A stretch of DNA of 57,912 nucleotides, filler included, from Dirinaria sp. TL-2023a (lineage: Eukaryota), in NCBI GenBank assembly GCA_051941275.1. It is 6 parts of 6 records of this genome, joined end to end, with 100 filler letters (N's around TTAATTAATTAA, not from the genome) between each part and the next. Parts side by side here need not be neighbours in the genome. Positions count along the whole stretch, not along the records: positions 48,361 to 57,912 come from JAVEBF010001037.1; 5 more parts are not named here. One strand, given 5' to 3'. Position numbers and translations under genes: made by a program. This document shows, piece after piece, positions 48,361 to 57,912 of the stretch (within the stretch, counting starts at the first letter, position 1; the number at the start of each line of letters is the position of its first letter). Under the pieces are notes generated by a model. The model did not search any database and was not told the origin of the DNA. It worked only from the letters and a program-made list of their open reading frames with translations.

Positions 48361-51300
48361 GCAAAAATGCTCGACCCTCCGACATTTATGCCGCCCGAAG
48401 GATGTATAACAATAGGCTGGCCGCCTACAGTGGCCACTGTTGTAGGCTGAGCTTGCGGCCGGTCTATAGGGAGGACACTTGAGCCCACTAGAAGCGCCGA
48501 GCTCCCCAAAGAAACCGGGGTGTTAGCGATTGTTTTGGGAGGGGCTCCTTGATTAACTGTGGTACCTCCAATTACCGCGTGCGATGGTCCCAACACAATT
48601 GGGTTCCCTCCTACGCTTGCCTGAGCGGGTGGAACACCAGCTGCAACGGGTATCAATGTGTGGCCAGCCTGGACTTCTGGGGTGGTGGCAGGTTGAGCAA
48701 TAGTAGAATCCAAACCGCCAACGTTAAAAGGTGCTTCTTTTCCATCGGAAGGTCTACTAAGGCCAGGATTCGAATTTACCACAGAATTCGAATTTACCAC
48801 TGGGGTCAAAGTGACACCTGCCGCAACTATTGGTGTGCTCCCAGGTCGAGCCTCGTTGGGTGACTGGATTGGAGCTGCTTGAGGGGTCATCGTAAGTCCA
48901 CCTACAACAACAGGCTCTGGCGAGCTATTGTCTGGCGCTGCTGCTTCTGGAGATGGTGCAGGAGCTGGAGCGATTGAAATTGCTCCCGGCGCCGCACCAG
49001 TCAGAGCAGCCGGAGATTGCTTAACTGGAGGGTTTCCTGCCGCTGGAGTCTTCGGGCTGGAAGATGAAGCAGGTGTCAAGGTTAGCCCTCCGATGGTAAT
49101 AGGGCTTGCTGCCGGTACAGGTGCTTGGGGGTCGGATGCTGGGTCTGACCCTACGGTGACAGGCCCAGCTTGTGGATTTGGGACTTCTGTATTGCTGTTG
49201 ATGTGTACGGGTTGGCCCCCATTAGCTAATGTCTGGCCCCCGACAACGACAGCACTTGGTACGGGAGCTGCTTCGGGTGTAGTAAGAGCCGGTATTGCTG
49301 GCTGACTATGATCATTTGGGACAGCATTGGAACCTTGAGGCAGAGCAGGCGAGTTGGCCGTAATAGGATCAGACGGCTGAGAAGGCGGGTCTACTGGCCG
49401 AGTGGGATTCACCGAATGTTGAGACACTGCATTTGGAGATGGATCTGGGGCAGGCGATTCACTAGTGGTAGGGTCAGACGGCTGTGAAGGCGGGTCTGCT
49501 GGTGCAGTAGGTCTTGACGGGGATTGAGGCACAACAGTTGGGGACGGGGGCGGATCTTGCTGGGTCGTGGCAGCCCCTATTGGATGTTTTGGCGGCTTCG
49601 TCTGCTGGCTTTCCAATCCGGAAGCTGAGGTATGAGCCTCGGGCGTTAATGCTGAAACTGTGATATGCACTTCCGGAGCCTCACAAATCTCGCAAGTCTG
49701 AGAAGGGGCAGGATTTGGTGCTTGAGATTTTGGTTCCGCACTTGCAGATGTTTTAGGATCCGTACTGCTTGAAGATTGGACAGCAAGAGCTGTTACTGGC
49801 ACTAAGGGCCTGGGAGGATCGTAGCCTTGGCCGACATCTTCCACGACGCAGCTCGATCTTGCCCATGTAGGATCTAGATTTTGTAGAGACTGCTTAGGAA
49901 CCAAAATACGTGGATGGTAGCTTTTTGCCATTTCTGACTGCATCGCGCTATTACCGATCAAGGGATTGGGAACGGTATTATCTTGAACCCAATCACGAGG
50001 CGGACAAGGAAGGTCGGCAAAATTGAAGACAGCAGTCTTGTCAGTGACACCGTCCACTGTAGAAAGCTGTCCAGCATCGAAGGAAAGAGTAAGGGAGGTA
50101 AAGGCGTTTCCCAGCTTCCCACACTTATCCCTCGCACTGATTGTTGATATTACCACGTAAATGGATGGGGAGGTGAACGTATGTTTTCCATCAGGTGCCA
50201 ACGCATAAACTTCGGTGCCGTTCAAAGGCACAAAGGTACGAGCTCGAAGTTCTTGTGCCGAGAAATCAGGTAGCGCGGCCGATTTGGTGATGGGAGTTTG
50301 CGGTAGAGCTCTCGGAGGGAGGCCGAACCCGCCGCCTGGCGGGATGCCAAATGTCGGTGAGACCGAAGGCGTTGGCCCACTCTTCGATTGCTCGACGCTT
50401 GGAACGGAAGCTGCGCTCGACGTCGGCTCAGAGTTGTGAGATGACGGAATAGGGACACCGGGAAGGGTAGGAAAGTCATTGGCGGAATCCTGAGACACTG
50501 CTGGTAGAGTGGGCAAGTCTGTTGGTACTCCATCACTTACGGAAGTGGTGAGAGCAGGAAAGCCGGTTGGCACAGAGTCATCCGAGGAAAGAGTTCCGAA
50601 AATGAGCTTCCCGCTATCAAAGTTGGATTCTGTAGACGCAGCCACGGATGTTGTGAAATTGTACTTTAAGCACCAAGTGTTGGGATTCTTTTTGACAGGC
50701 CAATAGTACACCCGGACGTTCGGGTAGAGGATAGCACATTCACCGCAGCATTCATCCTCGCTACCGACTTGGTACGTAACGGTCCCTAGTTTCATGTGAA
50801 CGATCAGCTTCGGTTACTAAAGTATCGTTTAACTTTCTACAATCAAGAGACAAGTCGGACTTCAAGAGACTCTAGTCTCCAAACTCAAATTAGTCAACAC
50901 AGAACGGTTTGTCTTGAGATTGGCCGACTAGACGATCAGTCGTCGCGATTCAATTTGTGCAGTTGAGAGAGCGACTATATCAGTCCTCGCACGGAGAATG
51001 ATCGTTCGAAAGCTCAATATTGGAAGAATCTTGGGAAATTTAGGTGACTCACCAACGTTGATTGTCTCGGTAGTGGGCCCAGTGATGTACTCACTCACAG
51101 CCCAAGTGCTAGTAAAAGGGGTGGGTAGCGCCACTGTTCTGGAGTAGACCTTAGTTGTCATTACTGTCCCATTGTTGGCTGCAAGTCTTGATTTCCAGCT
51201 TGCAGTACAGGCTGGCTGTCTGCCCCATACAACTGACGCTTGAGTTGCATTTGCCGTAAAGCCCGTTCCCAAAGTGATGCCTGAAGCATATCCGCTACGT

Positions 51301-52325
51301 GCTGCCGCGCCATATGAGGCAGATAAGTTGCCGTACTTAGGTTGACCGAACGAGCTTATTTTGTATGGTCCAACCGTGCCAGTACGTATTGGACTTAATA
51401 CGCCGTCAGTGGCCGGAGCTGTTTGAGCCCTTGCTCCGGAGCTAAGAGGTTTGTGTGATTGATAGTTCCCGGTCAACAGCGGCCCAGTTTTCAACGAGCC
51501 GTATGGAGAATCTGCGCTCGTACCTCTGACCTGACTTCGAGGTGAGTCGGATATGGATACTCGTGAGATTGACGGGTAAGATAGAGCCGATGTTGTATAT
51601 TTCGATGTGTAAGGCTTATTCGATACGGACGACCCGGTAAATATTTTAGATGACTCTTGTGAAGCAATTGACTGGACAGAGGTAATTGTCGATTTAGGAA
51701 GGTGCCGCGTCCCAGGCTCAACAAGTGCAGTTGAGTTGCCATATTGAGCGCCTGTGGTCGATCTGCGAGGGGCATGAGGCTTTGATAAACTAGCTTTAGT
51801 AGAAAGAGGCGTGGATTCAGCAGCAGGTGAGCTAATTGAAGCTTCAGCTACTGAAGGCGAGTTTGAGCGTTGTTGCTGTGCAGTGGATTTTGGCACAGGC
51901 TTTTGTTGTGTTTGGGTAGGAGATAACGCAGGAGAGGCTTGCTGGCTTGACGGAATTGTATGCGTCAAGTGAGTCGAAGGTGACTGCTGCACTACACTCG
52001 ATGTGGAACTTGTATTTGATGTGCGAACACCAGAGAGCGTTGGAAAGTTGGCGGGCGTAGAGATCGACAACGTAGTTGAAGAGCTCGCAGAAGGGGAGTT
52101 GTGCTTTATACTTGTGGGCACGGGAGAGCTTGCGGCTGGTTCAGCGCTTGAATGAGGACCAAATGCTTGAATTTCATGAAAGCCTTGACCTAGACGTACT
52201 GTATGAGAGGAACTTCGAATCTAATGGGAAGGAATTGAAGTACCTAAGATTTCATGCGGCAATAAGAAGAAAGTGAGAAGTAAATGTAAGCCAAGGAGTG
52301 AAACGGACCAGAAAGGTCCTAGCAT
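48361..52325 (-). CDS. Large secreted Ser/Thr/Pro-rich mucin-like protein with central Cys-containing domain; 3' end truncated
   Basis: Signal-like MLGPFWSVSLLGLHLLLTFFLLP. Introns at 52199-52243 and 50786-51052 keep the frame. Motifs CCGECAILYPNVRVYYWP, FTSPSIYV, FNFADLPCPP, LDPTW..C and DPPRPL, followed by (V/I)GGxTLTP repeats. Confidence 0.8.
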
Positions 52326-53621
52326 ATTTCAGATTATACTACCGAAAGGAAGGAAAAGCCTCCGGCGATGCGATCTATCTGCATAACGAGCAAAGAACTG
52401 GCAGAGACCGCCTTGTCGAAGCCACAGGAAGAAGAATTGAAAGTGATGAGAGAAAGCTTCCAGACCTGCACTCCATAACAACCCCACTAGAGTTACATAG
52501 TAAGCACAGAAAAGAAGAAATCCCTGCCAAAGATTGGCTCGTAGTTGTCAGGGGATAAAGTCGAAGGAATTCGTCATCCTCATCTCCTGACCGTGAGAAG
52601 TACCGACACCAGATCCCCGTCCAGGCAGTGGCGAGCGCCATGATTCGTTCCCGGCGTGGGACATCATTCGCACAGCAAGTAAGCAGTAGCAGAAAAGTCT
52701 CTGGTGAAGCTGAAGGGGGCGGCGTTGAGCGTTTCAGCCTGAGTTCGAGCTGAAGGTTCTTCAGTAAAGTAAGGTAAGTTCTAGGGTTGCAAGAGACTTT
52801 GATTGGCAGCTTCGGAGATGGTGGAAGTGCGGGCCGAGGCTGCCGGACCTGAAGATTCGCAACTGCCGGGAGAACAAGGGGCCGAGAAGGCTAGCCGGGT
52901 AAGGCTAGTCTTCCATGGGCTGGAGACTAGTGGAGAGCCCCTGAGCCCTACAACTTTATGGTGCATTTACGCCGCAACTTAGTCAGCACGACTGTTTTGT
53001 TTTGCTGCTCATTCAAGTGGCCTATGCCAATCAACAAAGTATTTCCAGACCGTTGGGCATGATATGAATGATGGATCTTCGAAATACTGGCGACCCAATT
53101 CATCGACGACGAATCATTGTCAAGCAGACAAGCCATGTAAATAGCAGCGGTAACACGACGAAGAACAATAGGAAGTAAGCCAATATCGAAATAAGCTCAA
53201 GCAATCTCCGGAGATTTTTGTGGACGAACTGAAAATGGTGCTTCAGTACGCTTCAATAGCCTTGCAGCTGAGATCCTATGGGGTCCACATTTTTGTTCAG
53301 TGACCATAGGCCGTTAAATTTCGACTGAACCAAGCATATTTCTACTAGCTTCCATTAGATACCGTTCGTTGATCAGGAAAATTATTTGAAGAGACTCTGA
53401 TATTTGTGGAGTCATAGCCTGGTTCTGGGTAGCGTGGCATTATAGAGTGCGTTCGCCCGAGCAGTCTCGTCTATCGATTTCCACATACCAACGTCCTCGA
53501 CATCGGATAGGGTATGGAATGAAAATGATGGTGTGTGGAGACCGGGGAACATGCTCAAGCGGGCTTCCCGATCCAACTGCTCGGGTAGGACTTCTCTTTC
53601 TCAAGCGCTTATTCCCACAGC

Positions 53622-54488
53622 CTATTTAGTCCCAATGCCCATCCACGCCACCATTCGAACGCCGGCCATCCCTTCCTGGCCCTTGATGAACAGCCTTCTC
53701 CTCTTGTCCTCGTCTTCCCAACACATGGACAGACCCTCCTCGAGTCGTGCCTTTACCTCTGCATCGAGTCGATCTCCCACCATAGAGCGCATTGTTTCTG
53801 CCATAGCCTCCCTCCACTGAGCAAACTCTTTCTCACGAAACCACATGGCCGTCTCCATCTCCTCGACCCGTATCCTTTGTTTGCTGAACCCGCCATCAGC
53901 CATGCAATTAACGAGCGTGTCTTTTTCCCTCCACTGTTCCATGACCGGCATCACGAATTTTTCTTTTTCTGGGAACATCCCGTCCATGATCTCACGCAAG
54001 AGCAAATCCGCCCAGCCAGCGAACTTCCAGCTGGTGATAGCCGCCCGGCCGCCTCGCTTCAGAGTGCGATAGATCTCCTTCGCGCCCTCTGCAGGTGTAT
54101 TAAACAAGAAGATGCCAAAGTTCGTGATGCTGGCATTGAAAGTCTCCGCTTCGAATCCCAATTTTGTCCCGTCCATAAGCGCCACGTTTACTCTTCCCTT
54201 CCAACGCTCATTTTCTCGGGCACTGCAGCGTACGAAATCAACCATAGCTTGTGCTGTGTCTACCATGTCGACGCTAGCACCTGGATAGACCTTAAGGACC
54301 TCGTCGCCACCCATACCAGGCCCGCAGGCATTATCCAAAACACGCGCATCGGGAGGAAGTGGCCCAAGATAGCTAATGCACATAGCGGCAACAGCACGGG
54401 TCGTGCCGCCAGAGAGAGACTCATAGGATTGAGCTACCTTTTCGTAGAATTCGGACAGGTGGTTGGAAGCTGCTGGCGGATGAGCCAT
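53622..54488 (-). CDS. Class I SAM-dependent methyltransferase (UbiE-like), intronless
   Basis: Motif I VLDNACGPG, then VDTAQAMV, MDGTKLGF..F and EIYRTLKRGG. Confidence 0.88.
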   Translation of the reverse strand: MAHPPAASNHLSEFYEKVAQSYESLSGGTTRAVAAMCISYLGPLPPDARVLDNACGPGMGGDEVLKVYPGASVDMVDTAQAMVDFVRCSARENERWKGRVNVALMDGTKLGFEAETFNASITNFGIFLFNTPAEGAKEIYRTLKRGGRAAITSWKFAGWADLLLREIMDGMFPEKEKFVMPVMEQWREKDTLVNCMADGGFSKQRIRVEEMETAMWFREKEFAQWREAMAETMRSMVGDRLDAEVKARLEEGLSMCWEDEDKRRRLFIKGQEGMAGVRMVAWMGIGTK

Positions 54489-54702
54489 TACGATCCCAGA
54501 CGACGGGTTGAATAGGCTGGATCTTTTTAGATTTCTTAAGGTAACTAGGTAGAGAATAGAATCGATCGTCTCGAAGGCCGAATTGATGGATTTAAGATCT
54601 TCTTATATAAATGAGACGTCCGGAGCTTTATTTCTGTATCAAGCCTAAAGTTTCCGAAAAAGATGAAAAGTCTCCGAGAAAGCAGAAAGCTTCCGGCAAT
54701 GC

Positions 54703-56177
54703 TTACGCAGCAGTAGCATAGCTGCCTAGCATGACATAAACGTCCCACGGACTGGTTAAAGCTCCACTCTCGAGTATATCGGCCACAAGAGTTGCCTTTA
54801 AGATACCCATCTCAGTGGCCAGAAACCGCAGCTGCTGGAGGACCCATGGCTTGATGCTTGTCTCAGCGGTAGCATACAAGCCCGCAACATAGAGCGGGAA
54901 GAGAAGCGTATGGCATCGTAACCCTTGAATAACGGGGTCCGGGTGAACGATCGTAAATTGTGGCACACTGGCACAGATGTCGCTCACCTGACTAAGGTTA
55001 CGAAGAGCCCAAGGATCCGAGTCCAAGGCAGGTGCACGCTGCTCACCAGAGTCTCTCATGCATTCAGTAGCGTAGGTCTGGACGATATCGATCAACAGGA
55101 CGCGCATGATTCTGAGGACATTCCACGTTTGCGTGATCGCGTGATCTAGATAAGTATCAAAATGCATTTCCAGGACCCTTTCTGAGGGTACGTCTATGTA
55201 GGTTCTTATATAGCGCCAGGTCGGCGGCATACTTTGTTCGATTGACTTGGATTCAACATCGAGAGCTATTGCAGTCGCCACAATGTCAGATTTTGTGAGA
55301 CTTCCATCTCGAATCGCCGCTCGAACTGCGGTGTACTTGACCACCAAACTTGACACTTGCCACTTAGGATCTGTCTTATCGATGAAATGCTCGAGTTCCG
55401 ATCGGAGATCCACCAATTGAGGTGGCACAGCAGCGTTGGCGGCAACGCAGGATATGAGTAGATTGGTGGTCAAACGTGCCGAGAGGCGAAGGCCAGCGTA
55501 ACGATGGTATTGTTCCGCGCCTCGCATTTGAATTAGCGCCAGAGCGCCATTCATATGGCTCATCCATGAGTCTGCCGAACGGATACTGTGGCTCGATATC
55601 TTCTCGAACAGGTCAAGAAGGAGGACTGCGAGCAAAGTTGAGTCGCTCTTCGCAGTCCCGGGGGATCTCAACGCGCCATTTACCAAAGGCAAAGCTCTCA
55701 AATAGCGCTCCCTCGCTATGAAAGAGACTTCCGACTGGTGAAGTTGGAAGGAGAAAAATGCCAAGCTGACAGCATCAACGCTGGCATCGAGGTGTGTATG
55801 CAATGACGATCCAACATAGAATGATTCGAGCACGTCGTACGTTTTTGAGAAGCCATTGACGTAATAGCAGAAAAATGCAGCTCTTGCCTTGTGATCGATT
55901 GGAACGGTAGGGAGCTGGGGGATGCCTTTTGGCCTACGAGTTAACGCTCTCTGCCTTGTAGATGTGGTTTCATCACGAATTCTGAGCTGGTTCGGGTCTC
56001 GGTAGCCAGAGCACAGGAGTCCGGCTCTGTCACATTGGCCACAGGAGGCTTCTCGCAGATCACACTACGTTACCATCAGCGAAATCACCGGCGTGAGCCG
56101 GAGGTGGCAAGGCTGACACGGAGTTTGCGCCTTCTGCATTGTAAGCATGCCTTCGATGGTAGGCCACGATATACCAT
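54703..56177 (-). CDS. Zn(II)2Cys6 transcription factor with fungal-specific TF domain
   Basis: MVYRGLPSKACLQCRRRKLR/CDLREASCGQCDRAGLLCSGYRD across intron 56065-56117, in frame with ORF 54703-55833 (DSTLLAVLLLDLFE, WMSHMNGA). Confidence 0.92.
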
Positions 56178-56704
56178 AGTATGATAGAAACTGAGCCAGA
56201 AGCAGTCCCAGGCCTCAGCCCTGACCGTACTGCAGATTACTGCAAAGAACAAGGTACTCGTACCTCTACTCTAAGCAGCCTTTGATGTCTGGTCGTTCGG
56301 AGTTAGCGTCGTCGGAAATAGGGACCGAATCTTATCTAATTGCTCGGCGTTGTATTGTACTATTCCCAAAAGAGCAGGCGTTCCGTTGTCCGATCCTTCT
56401 ACTAACTGCTAAGGTACTTCTGTGCAGAATAATAGAATACTAATGGCGGAGTTTCGACGGAGCCCACCCAGGCGGTATTCCTGATCTGAAGCACGAGCGT
56501 GAAATGTGGTTGGCAATAAATAATCAGCGCAGGTAACAAAAACGAGCTACTCCATGCATACCCTAGTCTCCCAATATCAATAATCCAAACGCAATCTACA
56601 TATATAAACAGGTTCATTCTCCGTCTTTTTCGTTTCTCAATCTCATACTATCTCTTCCATCTTCCAAGTATCACAGACTGCATCCTACCACTATTTTCTT
56701 CGAA

Positions 56705-57714
56705 ATGTCTTTCCCCTACAAACACGTCCTGCTCCTCGGCGCAACTTCCGGGATCGGTCTCTCAATGGCCAACCGCCTGATCAAGGAAGGCTCGAAAGTG
56801 ATCGCAGTCGGCCGGCGTCAAGATCGTCTTGATGCCTTCGTCAAAGAACATGGAAAAGGCAAGGCCAGCGCTATCAAATTCGACATCAGTAACCGGGCCG
56901 ACATCGACTCGTTCGTGAGCCAGTGAGTCTCCCTTCGGGCTTGGTTTCATACAACTTTTTAACAGATGAGAAAAGAGTCACGAATACGAATCCCGATCTA
57001 GACTGCGTTTTCATCAACGCCGGAACGCAGAGCATCATCGATTTCACGCAGCCATCGAAAGTCAATCTTGGGGACTTCCACTCGGAGATCGAGACAAACT
57101 TCACCTCCTTTGTTGATCTGACAACGAAATTCCTGCCCTTTCTTATGGAGAAAAAGGAGCAGACTGGGATCATCTAGTAAGTTCACACCTTCCCTGCAAA
57201 TAGAGAGAGAGAGAAAAAAAAAAAAATCGAGAGCCAGAGCTGAGACTGGGGGGACAAACAAAAGCACAACTTCCAATCTCTCCATCGTCCCCAGCGCGAC
57301 GATGCCTGCATACTCGGCATCCAAAGCCGCTCTGAATGCTTTCATCCTCTGCCTGCGCGAACAGCTCCGCAATTCCTCGGTCAAGATCATCGAGCTCTCG
57401 CCGCCCGTCGTTCAAAGTAAGTCGCTTTCTTTCCCTTTTCTGTTTCTGACATCAAGACCACCTGCCTATACTACAGTGCTTCGCACTAACTATCCACTTT
57501 CAAAGCCGAACTCCACGACTACATGGGCCAAGACAAAGGTCGAGCGATGGGCATGCCGGCGGAGCAGTTCACAGACGAGGCTTACAAGGGACTCGCGGCC
57601 GGGAAGGATCAGGTGGGCATCGGCTCCATCGGGCCGCCCGAAGTGTTCTACGATATCGTGGATAAGCGGAGGACGGCGTTTGAGAATCTCGCGAAGATGA
57701 TGAGAGGCATGTAG
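56705..57714 (+). CDS. Short-chain dehydrogenase/reductase (DltE-like), 4 exons
   Basis: GATSGIG Rossmann motif, INAG, catalytic YSASK and IIELSPP. Introns at about 56923-56975, 57177-57264 and 57417-57505. Confidence 0.92.
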
Positions 57715-57912
57715 CTGCGCAAAGCTAGATTCCGAATAGAGTGACCGCAAAGATTGCAATAGTCCTTAGTACCGAATCCGTGCCTTCCTCGCAACCTTGA
57801 TTGACCCAAGATGCGTATAAAATCCCGCGAATTGCTCTCGAGACTCAACCATATTTAACATCCCTCACAGTCCCATCCTCTGCAAGATGGATATTCAACC
57901 TGCATCCAGCAC

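Noticed and set aside
52375..52641. ORF MALATAWTG... as the start of the mucin-like gene
   Set aside because: The ATG at 52325 gives a better signal peptide and an in-frame splice to the next exon.
3221..57714. Apparent window-wide secondary-metabolite cluster (dioxygenase, OMT, methyltransferase, SDR, TFs, transporter)
   Set aside because: The genes lie on different, artificially joined contigs, and no PKS, NRPS or terpene synthase is present.

Overview
Filamentous-ascomycete (Pezizomycotina-type) nuclear DNA with short GT-AG introns and CTRAC branch points. The window is not one contiguous locus. It is six contigs (9581, 9581, 9573, 9569, 9556 and 9552 bp, i.e. sorted by length) joined by artificial 100-bp N44-TTAATTAATTAA-N44 linkers, so gene neighbourhoods are valid only within a contig. 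Contig 1: CorA-like protein, M20 amidohydrolase, AsaB/CmcJ-like dioxygenase, and the start of proteasome alpha-6. Contig 2: F-box-like hypothetical, STL1-like sugar transporter, small secreted Cys-rich protein, GT8 glycosyltransferase, and a MITE. Contig 3 (accessory-looking): HeLo-like-N plus ankyrin gene, an RxxxxH (HEPN-like) ORF broken by one CAG>TAG-type stop, a 164-bp-arm foldback element, a second MITE copy, and a Zn2Cys6-like multi-Cys protein. Contig 4 (core): kinesin-5 BimC, UPF0183/PHAF1 protein, mitochondrial IleRS. Contig 5: F-box-like gene, frameshifted O-methyltransferase with a decayed partial duplicate, PTH11-like membrane protein. Contig 6: large secreted mucin-like protein, SAM methyltransferase, Zn2Cys6 transcription factor and a divergent SDR. 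The best novelty candidate is the contig 3 HeLo-like/ANK plus HEPN-like locus; this is inference only.
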